Shown one piece after another: positions 12,901 through 25,438 of a stretch of DNA of 64,000 nt. Location: NCBI GenBank assembly GCA_030141605.1, contig JAQGDQ010000102.1:105676-169675 (forward strand). The letters are read 5' to 3'. How positions within the stretch are numbered: position 1 is the first letter of the stretch; every line of letters begins with the position of its first letter. Source of the DNA: Tubiluchus corallicola. Lineage: Eukaryota; Animalia; Priapulida. The position numbers and the translations under genes were made by a program. The notes below the pieces were generated by a model. It was given only the letters and a program-made list of their open reading frames with translations. It was not told the DNA's origin and made no database searches.

Positions 12901-14302
12901 AATATAGTCTCAGTCCCATTTTTAACAGATTACAAACAGTCCACCATAAACTGACATTCTTAAAATTAAGACTGCGTGTAATTAATTACCGCGGTTAGTT
13001 TTTTTTAAGATGCAGAACGCTGAAAACATCATTCTCGTTACTGATTTGCAAATGAGTATGTGCATTAATTAGCTCGAATTGCTTCTGACAAATTTTTAGA
13101 CTGTGAATAATTGTTATGCTGAATTCACCACTTACCTTGATATTCTCACACTTATAATTGAAATCTCTTTGGCTAACTCTAAAATAAATCATTACATTTT
13201 TCCTGTGAAGGCTTATATGGCAGCATCAGCAAGTGCAGCTCTAGCATAGATGCTGACAAGTTTTACTCATGTGCTTTCTTAAACATCATGATGCGCCGTC
13301 TATTGAGGGAAAACCTGAAACCTTAGTAATGAAACTAGGCGGAGCTCCTATTAACTGTTACTAAATTCAGCAACACCAGGACTAGCTTATTTTCATTGAT
13401 GTTAGTTTGCCAAAATAATAGTTCATTACTTAGACCTGTGTTTCTGCTAGGGCTTTCATATTTTTTGATAGGCATTTAGGTATTGTGGCGTGGATGTGCT
13501 ATAAGCATTTTTCCAGAAATCTGAATCTATCAAAGTTTTGAGATAGGGTCCAAAATGCAAAGTTAGGGGTACCTACTTGTGGTGACGTTTTAGAAGCAGA
13601 GGGCTACAAAACAAAATTCACAAAACAAATTCCCTGGGCAAAGTGATCGCGGAGTAGGTGTTTCTTGAATTAGTTTTCTTTAAGCGCAAGTTGTTCCTAC
13701 AGTTTTTGAGGTAGGGCCACAATTTTTAGTACATATAGGTAGGCGGGGGTCACGGTCTTGTGCATCATTGAAAGTGGCTCATGTGCGTGCAGGAAATTTT
13801 CTACTAGGGGGCAAAACTAACATTTGAGGTTCAGGATATAAATGCCCCGAGAGTCGAACGGCACTGGATTGTAGCACATCAAATGAAAGGACTAGATGAG
13901 ACGAAATGAATGATATAAATTACTATGAGTAATTCTCAAAATGGATCACGTTAACTAAAATTAGCTTAGGCTTCAGATGTTCTTCAGATGGCAAAAATAA
14001 TTTTCTTTATTTCTGATTTCTGTAGTTTTGTTTTCCCGCTGCTGACTACTCTGGTTATTAAGTTATTGAAAAGCAGGTTGTTTCGAACACTTTGGCTTAG
14101 ACTGTTAACTTACTAAGCAGCAGATTTAAATGTACGCTGGGCAATGGTGTGCATAATGCTTGCTGTCCAAAGCAGTGTAGTTTCCTGCATTTTCGATAAT
14201 TCGGAGGGCATAGACTGTTTTTAATTCAATTCAAATTCAATTCAATTTATTTATTTCACATCAATATCAATATACTTGTAACGTACATATAATGTACATC
14301 AT

Positions 14303-14674
14303 TGTTGTGTTTCTTTCTCTCGGAAGGCTCGTAGAGAAAACAAGAAAACACGTTGTCAAATTAAACTGGTTTATTGTGTGAGAATTCCACAACACAAAGT
14401 ATGAAGGAACACGAAATATGTACAGAAAAGTGATAGGAAAATAGCATACGATAACCTGAGAATCGGAGATTAATCTGAGAATGCGAGAATAAACTTGAGC
14501 GGCCAGCTCCGCCTTATATATCAGTGCAAATGGACAACATCAGAACAATCTAGAAACTACTACGCACATCGCCTATAGAAAGTTCTAGAATCTACGATTG
14601 TTTCTACAAAGTAAAAAGATTGGTTCTACTATACTATAGAACATTCTACAATATTCTAGTGGATCTCCACAACA
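14303..14674 (-). mobile_element. 3' LTR of a Ty3/Gypsy element
   Basis: Inverted termini TGTTGTG...CACAACA. On the minus strand: TATATAA (~14514-14520) and AATAAA (~14370-14375), preceded by a purine-rich PPT-like GGTGAGGAGG (14675-14684). Confidence 0.85.
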
Positions 14675-15875
14675 CCTCCTCACCAAAACTGATGCTGCCT
14701 CTAAAGTATCAGCAACAAAGTCTCTCTTGGCTTGGGTGTTCTCTTGGATCGTCTGGGGTTGTACGGTCCTTACGCTGGCACAGGCATGAGCAGAGGTGCT
14801 CCGGTCTGCTTCAGAGTTTCTGACAGTTCTTCCAGGATCTCCATTGGATGATCAGGTGGAACCTTAAGAGAAAAGTCCGTCTCATCACCAGGTTCATAGT
14901 ACTCTGCAGAAGCGTAGCACAGACGTAGCTGTTCCCAGTATCGTCTCCACACTGAACCATGAGGAAGAACCTTAACGTTGAAGCAGCGAGTACCCAGAGA
15001 CTTCTTGATGACCGCTGGTACCCGCGAGGTCCATACTACAGTGCATAGACAGGCTCTCCAGCCCTGTACTGCTTGGTGACCTCGGCGACACCGCCCGAGT
15101 CTGTAGTTGACCGAGATGACTCCCTGGTTTGCTTGCCATGAGAGGTGTGCGCTGGCGAGGGTAGCAGAGAGTCGATCCTTGTCCGTATCTGCCGAGACAT
15201 CAAGAGTTCACTCGCAGAGAATCCATAGGATGTCAATGTTCTCCTGAGTGCTTGCTTGAATATCTGCACCAAGCGTTCTGCTGCTCCATTGGTAGCTCTG
15301 GAACTCCTCAGACACGAAGGTTGATGCATTGTCTGTGACCAGCGTGTGAGGGAATCCGAAGTGAGCGAAGTCTTCTTCCAGCAGATCTAGAGTGGCTCTA
15401 AAAGATGTGGAAGACGTAGGGTGAATGCATGGATACGCTGAATAAGCATCCGTGATCACCAGCCAGTTCATACCCATGAAGTTAATGGCGTGATCCAGGT
15501 GTAAGCCGATAGGGTGTGTCCAAGATATTCCACACTTGGTTGTGCAAATAAGCTTTTTTTCACGACAACATCTGAGTCCTTTGTCGTTCAGACGAGTGAG
15601 CAAGCGTCTCAGGTTGCTCAGGTGGTCATTGGCGTCTTGTCCGCAGACGAGCATATAGTCTTGGAAGACGGCAACTCCAGGCAGATCACTGGTCAGGTTC
15701 TCCATGATCTCCTGAAAGTAACCAGGTGCTGACTTGATTCCGAAAGGGAGTCGTTGCTGCAAGAGTACCCCAGGGTGGGTGCTGAGAGCTAGCCTGCATT
15801 GACTCTCGCGTGCCAGCTTAATCTGGTTGTAGGCATCAGCAAGGTCGATCTTCGTTGTAGCCGTATCCACTTCCC
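14675..15875 (-). mobile_element. Internally deleted Ty3/Gypsy pol remnant (RT + integrase), 5'-truncated
   Basis: KIDLADAYNQI...RLPFGIKSAPGYFQ...VAVFQDYMLV (RT; the catalytic DD is mutated to DY) is joined directly to LHLDHAINFMGMNWLVITDAYS...FGFPHTLVTDNA...ATNGAAERLVQIFKQAL (integrase core). GC content is clearly above the flanks. Confidence 0.9.
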
Positions 15876-15890
15876 AGCTTCTGCATCAGT

Positions 15891-15941
15891 TGTGTGTGTG
15901 TGTGCGCGCACGCGCGCGCGCGTGCGTGCGTGCGTGTGTGT
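15891..15941. repeat. Alternating purine-pyrimidine microsatellite (TG)n(CG)n(TGCG)n
   Basis: tgtgtgtgtgtgtgcgcgcacgcgcgcgcgcgtgcgtgcgtgcgtgtgtg. Confidence 0.9.
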
Positions 15942-18852
15942 TTCAGACGCAGGTGAGACACCACCAGAGTTCCACAGAGTTTTCTTGTCTTATGAGTTTA
16001 ATGCATTAAAAAGTTTTTTGTGTTGTTGTTGTTGTTGTTGTTAGGTCTTAGGTGTTTTAATACAACAGGGGCAACTGACACTAACTAAGAAAAAAGACAA
16101 GCTTTGGTAAAAACTATTCTGGATTTACATAATTACACGATGTAATCAATGTTCTAGGCCATTCTTGTCGCATGGACACGTCACTACTGCCGAGTGATGA
16201 CAGTTAAAAAACAATAAACAATACAAAGGAAAATGAAAAATGCCCCTATAATAAATTTGCAGCTGCACACGCTGAAGAAACTGATTGTTAAACAATGCGA
16301 TTGCAGTGACTGTAACGAAAAGGAAAATAGGGCTATAACACTGATTACGTCACATGGGTGATACTAGTACATTACACAGAAAGATCATCATTTTATCTGG
16401 GAAGAATTGGCGCAAAACACAGTAACTGTTTCTCTACGTAACTAAAATAAACAACGCCAACTCTTTAGAAAGAAATCAGTTTACTCAATTGTACTTAGTG
16501 ATTTGCATTTACGCTACACCTAAATGTTCTGCAAGTCACAGAAATATTACAATCTGTTATTATAGGTACAAAATACATGAAATTTTTGTACGTGGGTCTT
16601 GGATAAATGACTCAGACAAATGACATTGAATCGGGTTGATCCTAAAATCAACAGGAAACCTTTCAGAAGAATGAAACTGAAAGTACTACAAATTTAATAA
16701 GCTCATGGCAAAGAATATAAACCACAGAAAGTAGGGAAATCCTACTGCGCAGTAGTTCGCGCAGTTAGTGTCGCCCTAGCGGCAGTTCAGTACGGACTGT
16801 TGTTGTCAGGTACGCAACAGCACAAGCTGTGGGTACTGTAGCAAATGAATTGATGAGACCATCAAAAGCAGGCTGGTTAACAGGCGCTCATAAATTGCTC
16901 AGCAGTGAGTTGCAAAAACACAAATAAAAATATCTTTTTAAATTTCGCAAGGATGCTGCCAAGTAATTATAATAAAATGTTAATTGTACCACAGTTTTGT
17001 AACTTTTGTTACAAATGGATACATTTGTATTGTATATATTTAATATATTTTGTACACTAAGCAAAGACTGCAAGGCCTACTTCTCTCTTTGGTGATTTAT
17101 AGCAGCTGTTATATTTTTGAATATTATTTAAAGCAAGGATAAAACATTTAGAATAATTAGTAGTTAAAATAAAAATTATTATATTCATATCTCATAAAAA
17201 TTAATAGGTTTATTTACAAAAGAAGTTAAGAAAGTTGATCAAAAAGAAAGTTTGCAAATACCTGGCTTATGTAGTATTCGATTTCTGGAGAAATATTTTT
17301 TCTAAAAAACATTCCTATTTAATATGTTCTTATCAGGAAATATAACTTGAAGAAATATTAGGCCTGACTTTCATGTGTAATACCTTTCATAGAAAAAAAA
17401 TCGATTTTTTCAGAAGAGCAAATAATTTTCCAGAACAAAACTTAATCTAAGCATCTGCATGTTTTGTTAATTCCAAGTTAAAAATGTTTAAAAAGCATAT
17501 AATAGGCCTTTGCTATGAGTTGGAGTTGGTTATAAAATCACGTTGAACAAATGGAGATGCATTTACGACATTACTCCTCTTGTTTATTATCAGTGAACAA
17601 AAAATAACTGAACGAAACATCAGAACTGTCATCCTAAGCAGCCGACATTACTTCCACCTCTATAACAACCAACTAACTAGGTCAAAATCTAGTTACAGAA
17701 TTCAGGTGAGAAGCCAATCTGGCGCATACATTAGAATCTGCATGCGTGTCATAACACCTTATATATCATGTGCAGACATTACATATATTTAGCCTTATTT
17801 TTCAAGATTCAGTTAGGCTTACATCAAAATAAATGTTCATTAAATACAGTTTGCTTACGTGTAAAAAATGTACTTGTATAAGCGTACTAATAAAACACCT
17901 GTGGCTAAATCCACTGACAAGTCTTGATAAATATTATTTATTGATGGGCTTAAATTAGTTGATTTTATACAGGCCTAGGGCAGTGATTTTATATAGTTAA
18001 ATATATAGGCTCAGCTTCATAAAATCTAATTTTCGGTATTTGACTCAAACTTAGCTGATCTTATTTGTTTTTCTTTTGTTTTGTTTATTAATCAGACTCT
18101 TTAGTTATTAGTTTAATGCATGTATTTTGCAGCTTGATTCAGTTCCCTATTTGAAAGTTTGTTTAAATTTCTGTTTGGCTAGCTTGCTTATCATTTTATT
18201 TAATTTGTTTTTATTATTTTTTATTTAGTATTATTGTTATTATTTTGCATGTTTTTCTCATATTGAGTTATGCATGGACGATATGACAGCTTGAGTTTTG
18301 ATCATTTTTTATTCATTTGTACCACATTATTTGGCTTTTGCTTACCATTGCTTTTTGTTTATCATTTTCCTGTATGTTTAGATATCTTTGATTGCATTTT
18401 CATCCTTCAGTTATTTAAAGTTGATTAGAGAATTTTATACAGATCAAGTTGCTAAGTAAAATAGTAATAATGTAATTTCACTACTATTCATGAGTGAAAT
18501 AGTTACAGTGTCATCCCAATAATCCTCTTGGTCTTTCGCCATCCTATTTCTATTGTGATAATTAAATACATTTACTTGCCTCATTTATATCACGAATATG
18601 GAAATAAATGCACGTTTTGAATTGAATTGAATATATGAAGCACTGTATCATGCAATTACTTGTTGTGTGCATGCGTGCGTGTGCGAATTATTTATATACA
18701 AACCTACAATATAATATATGTGCAATTATATAGATTAATTGCAGGGCACGTAAATGGGTGCAATTTTTAATGTGCCAAACTCGCTCCCTCGCATTGGAGT
18801 AAAATGACCAAGAAACAAATGGCAGAACCTTCAACAAAAGGAAAAGAAGGAT

Positions 18853-18996
18853 CTCTCTCTCTGTCTCTGTCTCTCTCCCTCACCCTCTCTCTGTCTCTCT
18901 CTTTCTTTCTCTTTCCCTCCATTTCACTGTTTCTCTTCCTCTCCCTCTCTCTTTCTCTTTCTCTCTCTCTCTCTCTCCCTTCCTCTCTTTCTCTCT
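18853..18996. repeat. (CT)n-rich microsatellite
   Basis: Directly visible; explains spurious ORF 18804-18998. Confidence 0.95.
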
Positions 18997-19680
18997 AAGA
19001 GAGGGAGGGAGAGAAAAATCAATAAATCAATAAAAAATGCATTACTTTTTTACATAGTAGGCAACCCATCACGCAGTCAGCTAGCCTCTTTCCTCAAGAA
19101 AAACAATAAAATTTCACTTACAAGAAAACTGAAGAAGTATTTGCAAGTACATAATACAAACTTATTGCTACAATTTTTTTTCCTTTTCATGAAATGTTTT
19201 CAGTTTTTTAAACTAATAATTGCTTTTAATTGAGATATCCTTCTTTTATTAAAAATGCAAAAGTGATTTTGGCTTATCGAAATTGCCCGTATGCCAACAT
19301 TATTGGTGAACTTCCTTTTTCGTCACTTCCTTTTTATACACTTTGCTCATGGTACACAGCTCCATCAATTTGATTAATAACTGACTCTCTTGGCGCACAA
19401 TCCATTGTCTTTCGAGACAGAAGGATGCCAACAACAATGGTACTAGATTTATAATAGCCCTCAACGTTTTCTACAAGATACGGCACTTTTTAATTTAATA
19501 ACAAGACTAAAATAGTCATTGACGTAACTTATGCAAACTGCAGCGAAAATTTGTTTCGTTCGAGTTTTACAATTCACATTACAACAATAACATATCAACG
19601 CAAGTTCAAGAGTTCTGCTCTTTAAATTTATCCACGTCGTTCAGCAAATCGCTAAGTGAAAATAGCTTTCAGAGGGAGGC

Positions 19681-19832
19681 GAGTGAACTGTGACAGAGTG
19701 AACTGTGACAGAGTAAACTGTGACAGAGTGAACTGTGACAGAGTGAACTGTGACAGAGTGAACTGTGACAGAGTGAACTGTGACAAAGTGAACTGTGACA
19801 GAGTGAACTGTGACAGAGTGAACTGTGACAGA
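19681..19832. repeat. 15-bp minisatellite GAGTGAACTGTGACA x10
   Basis: Ten near-perfect units; explains both overlapping ORFs at 19652-19856. Confidence 0.97.
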
Positions 19833-21299
19833 CTAGTACCGTCATACAACTGCTAGGCTCCGATCACAACGCGGAGACAAGCTTAGACAACAAACACAAG
19901 ACTGAAACTGGAAGATGGCAATTAAACTGGCAAGCTGAATTGCAATGTTTGGCCTACGCATGCTCTCGTACTGCAACAGTTCTCTGAGGCTCCACTCCAC
20001 AAATTAATATGAGAAATAACTTCGAGCTACGTTGATTGCTTTTCTCAATTTACTTATTAAACACGCAACGAGCATAAACGTCTTGAGTTTCTTCACTATC
20101 AACTATGAATTCATTTTCACACATCAAAATACAATATCGTACACATTAATAAACAATAAATAAAATGATTTGAGTAGTGCGAGGTGAGTGTACGACCATA
20201 CGGTCATTAACACATTCACCTTACTTAAATGAAAAAATTATTAAAGTTATGCGTGCTTTTGTAGATGACTTAATGTAATTGATGTAATAAAGTAAATGAT
20301 GTAATAATAGCAAGGAAATATAGGGAAAACAATATGTAATTACGATTTTGATTTCAGGAAATGATTAGCTCCACTGTACACAAGAAATCAAAAAGAATAG
20401 AGAAAAACTGATACAACTATTATAAAGAGCATTTAATTTGTTTTAATTAGAAAACATTTGTTTTAATGCCCATTATTCGCAGCATTGAATGCCAGAAATG
20501 AACAGTGGTAAGATTTACGTTAGTTTCTCACCGAGACTAGTGCATTACTCTTTTCTTTTTCCCTTCATTCATTTTTGATTTCTGACAAGAGTGAGTAAAA
20601 AGAACTTTAAAGAGCACATTAAAGATGCTCTGAGTAGAAACCGCGAATGGTTTTTTTTAGATCAGTGACGGGAACACCCATCTTAAGTGATTTTGAGCCT
20701 TGAGTAAAATAACTCAGCTTATTACGTATAGCATAAAGTTCATCGACAATACAAAAAGAAAAAAAATTAGATTAAGTGTATTTACGTGACTAGCATATGT
20801 ATTAAAACAACCTACCAAGAAATCGCGAAGTGCTACAAAAGCAAACAATGAAATTGATTGTTAATTAAATAGCAGGGGTTAATAAATGTTAACTAAATCA
20901 TACCAAAATACCACATTAATCGAATCAACAAAAATGTAAACAACAAATTAATAACTCATGACTTTAATTCAAAACACCATATAAATATCGAATAAGAATT
21001 ATGTAGGACATAAAGTCCGTAGGCCTACTTTTCGACGCAAAGGGTAACCTATATAGATGATAGAGACGCTAATACTAGCACTAATGAGAGGGTTTTCGGT
21101 TGAATGCTGACTCCCCGATTGGTGCGCCACGGATAATGTTCTTTGCCTTCTGACCTGTTTCCACTAGAAGTAGCTCCAACAACTCGACAGTTCCCTAAAT
21201 TATTCTTCACCTTGTGCATTACGTGAAGTTTGTACTGCAAGATTTGTCTTTTTACAATATAATTACCAGGGATTATTTAATCACAAAAACGAATCGTGA

Positions 21300-21417
21300 T
21301 CAGAGAGAGAGAGGAGAATAAGTGAGACAGAGAGGGTGCGCGAGAGAGAAAGAGAAAGAAGTGATAAAAAGAGAGTGAGCGAGAGAGAGCTAAAGAAAAC
21401 AGGAGAGAGAGTGAGAG
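21300..21417. repeat. Degenerate (GA)n tract
   Basis: Directly visible. Confidence 0.8.
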
Positions 21418-21896
21418 GTCTTTTCATCACTTCAGATGCTTTGATCAGATAAGAATACAGCAAAATACAGTATTATGTAGTAATTAACGAAGCATGTTTG
21501 TTACACAAAAGGCTCTCTATGTAACAATTCAGCATTATGTAATAAAAATGCTGCATTGTGTCTTAAAAAAATGTCATTATGTAACAATTTTGCGTCATTA
21601 AGTAATAATCATTTACATAAATGATGCAATGTCTAACATAGGTTAGATCGTAGTCTCATGGTCTAGATGTGGTGTAATTATTGGATTGGATCAGCTTCTT
21701 TCTGTTCTAAATGTGGCTCTAGCTCTAGCTCATTCTTGTCTGGTACATCAAAGCTCTTCCTGTCACAAATGTAATCTATTTGAGATCCGGTTTGGCTGAG
21801 TTTTGGTCTAACATGGGCATAAATTCGTCAATATGAGTAACTGAACAATGGTCCCAAATGATAAATTGTATGTTTTGATGCGGCACGGATCCCTAG

Positions 21897-21990
21897 TTCT
21901 TGGTCATGCTATTGGAATTTCTTGTACAAATTTATGTTTGAAATTCTTGGTCATGCTATTGGAATTTCTTGTACAAATTTTGTTTGAAAT
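21897..21990. repeat. ~47-bp tandem duplication
   Basis: ttcttggtcatgctattggaatttcttgtacaaattt(a)tgtttgaaa occurs twice. Confidence 0.9.
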
Positions 21991-24900
21991 TTGTACAGTT
22001 CTCATCGCAGGTAACTAACATTTCGCAAAAACATATAACATACTGTGGACTAGTTCGCAGGCCGTGAATTAAGGAACCCATTTTTCATTATCAGTTTAGT
22101 TAAGCGAATCCAGCCGACAATTAGACTTCAGACTAACAGACCCCAAACAGACTACACTGATAGATCAAATCTCAGACAGATCAGACCAGTTAAACTTGCC
22201 AGAGGCCACTGATTAGATGATCTCACGGTCAGACCCCAAAGACAGATGATCTCATGTCAGACCCCACAGAGTGCAGCCACAGAGCAGATAGATCACACCA
22301 CCTCAGTTGGTCGGTTTTTCTGTATTTTTGCGCTTCCTGTAAATGATCTAAAATATGACACGCCAACCTTTCAAAAAGCATTCACAAAACATGTTCGTGT
22401 AGATTAATCTTTTAGAAATTTTGCTGATTTTTTTTGTGAATCTAAGAATGATTCGTTTTCACTAAATCAACTTTTAAAACAGTGATTTTCAAACCGGATG
22501 TCGTTATTATGTAGTAAAAAATAATTATTTGCAATACGAAGTAAAATCTTTTTACAAGCAGCGTGAACTCTGTTAAATGTTTAACATCAGGAAACATCTA
22601 CGAAAAACCCGGCAGTAAGAGTTGGGGAGTCATAAAGTTGATAAAACATCACGCGCAAAAGTACAAAAATAGAATGTCAATGCCAACACGATGTTATTTG
22701 TCCGCAAGGTATAAAAACGGGTCATTCACTTTAAATGTAATGATGAAAAGCTGTAAACTAACCAGCTAATAAATTAATAAAAAAAATTTGCTTACGTTAA
22801 GTAGGCAAGCTAGGTATAATCGGTACGGATAGTAACGCTTGTTGTAGTTCTTATAACTCTCTCTGGTCAAGTGCCCTGCTCTGCTTTTGATGACACAAAC
22901 AGTATACACTATTTTTTATCACCTGCCGGCGTAGGGGTTATAGCCATCATAATAACTATTGTGTGAACGTAGCCTATTGCTGCCGACTTTATATGATAAA
23001 TTTAGAAGGAAATGATGAAAATATTTTTAAGAAAGTTTTTAGCAAACGTATGATAAGCTTACATAAAAGTAATCGAAGCTAGCATCCAGCCAAGAACACG
23101 TAACCTCAGAGCTGCATTAAACGTAAAAGCCAAATTTGGATTATTTTCAAGTAGGCGAGATACTTGAGAACAAAATGCAACGGCTTAAGGTTACGTCAGT
23201 ATAAGTAGCATTTTGCAGTACATTTTTGTTTTACATGAAAGTTTTACTATCGAACAAGTGATACCTAAATATCAACCCAAAGTAAGTTTATGTAAGTTTA
23301 CTATCATTGCCTAGACTTGTGATTTCTGATTGCTATCCCACTTACAGAATGTTCTCAAACTAGTAGAAATTTGCTTCCCAGTTAGGAACTTCAATTCTAA
23401 CGGGAAGAATTTTAGCCATAGGGGGAATCAGGGCAGAATGTACTCTGCACGCTGCATAATAAAACTAAATAAAATACCAATATACCAAAAGATAATACAT
23501 GCAGGTCAGGATTTTTAGGACCAAATCATTTGACCCCTTTAGTACAGTCACAGTCACTTGAGGTAAGAACAACCTAGGTAGACTTTCTGTAAGCGTTGTC
23601 TAGCCTCTTGCAGGAGTTTTAAAAATGGCGCAAAATGTCAGCTCAGCAGAACGGTGTTATTTTCAAAATGGCCGACAAAATATGGCTGCCACTAATTTAC
23701 GAAGGGCATATCTTTAGCTGGTGTTAGCGCAGGAAGGACGATGATTTTTGTGTCTAAGTATGGACCTAGGAATCCATATCTGATGCTTAAAAGCTTCTAC
23801 AAGATCTTCCCATTTAGAATTTCAAGAATCTATTACGGCATCTGTAAACTAGCGGCTGCTATCGATCATTGAAAATATCGGCCACATTGGATAATTTTGA
23901 ATTGGCATAATAATAATAACAAGCAATAAACATCACTAAAACAAGAAACTCTTACTATTGTCTTGTTTTAAAATAAATTAAACCAAATGAAAAAAATAAT
24001 TTCTTTCAAAATACTCAAGTTTTCACCATTTTCAAAAATGGGTATGAAATTGAGTGGCCACCATTTAGTGATGCCCAGCCAAATTTTTTGTGGTGTGCAA
24101 GAATGCTACTAATGACTACTGCTATGTCTCAAGGGGGAATTTCTCTGCTAAAAATTGCACATTGAATAATAAGCAACCGCACCATAAACAAATACAATAC
24201 CTATATATAGTATCTTTATTGCGTAAGTTATACGCATTTACAATAAGATATATATATATAATCTTTATTGCATAGGCCTAAATTATACACATTTACAGGA
24301 ATTATGAAATACACATGAAAATATTATATGTCTATTGTAGGCAAGTAGTGTTAAACAGTAGTGATTAAAAAAGCAGTCGAAAATGAAATTCAAAAATTTG
24401 CTTCAACATAACTTCGCGGGTGACATTGCCCATCCATGTTCAAGCTTTGCTAGCGGCTAGTTAATAAAGTTCACTGACAAGAGCTTTGTTATCGCATGGC
24501 AAACTTCGCTCCATCAAAATAATAATAGCGAAATCTGATTCACAATAGTATTACACGAAAGTAACTTTAATTGGCAATAACGTTACTAGCGAGCAACAAG
24601 CGCAATACTTCTGGAAAGTTTTGGTGGAGGTTACAGTCGTAAGTACGATAATTTTGTTTTTCATTTCCTTTAATTAATGAAAAAATAATCCGGAATTAAG
24701 AAATAAGAGAAACAGGACAATACAAACCACTATGGATTATATTCGGGTGAAGAAGGAAGAAGAAGGGAGTATAAAAATATAAAGAAAAAAGAAGAAAATA
24801 TGACATATAATTACTGATGTTAAGTTTTGCGTGGAATTTTTATATTATTGACACATAAAATATCATATATGAAATAAGATACAATCACATTGAATAAACA

Positions 24901-25438
24901 TAGATGCACAACAAATAAAATCTCACACAAATGTATGAAATCACTGGCCGCAGCCCTAGAGTGAGACAAAACAGAAACTTGTTTTTTTATTGTGAGGTTT
25001 GTATCTTGCTGCAACATTGTTTGTAAGACTAATTTATTGTAAAAATCACTTTTGTGGAACTTTTCCGACTAGAATTCGTATTCTAAGGTAAAACGTATGC
25101 AAAACAAATCTTTTCAGTATTAAAAAGCATTGTAAAAATTATGAAATGAATTTAAATTTAATCAAACTTTCCAGTTAAGCAAATTCAATTTAATCACAAT
25201 TTTCAGGACATTTTGCCTTTCCTTTGCTTGATCCTGAATCAAGTGATATTTTTATGTTTTTAGCCAATTCAGTTTCACCAGCTGTACTGAAAGAGAAAAA
25301 AGAAAAAACCAAGGTAAGTTTTTGTGCCTGTCCAGCTTCATGTGTAGTCCAAACGTAGCGCGTATATTACAGATGTCGTGTAACATTTAGACATTGTATA
25401 AAATTTCCAGGCATTTCATATAGGTCTACCACTTATGC

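Noticed and set aside
19652-19856. (RVNCD)n / (SQFTL)n ORFs, or a CRISPR-like array
   Set aside because: Pure 15-bp minisatellite with no spacers or splice context, in eukaryotic DNA.
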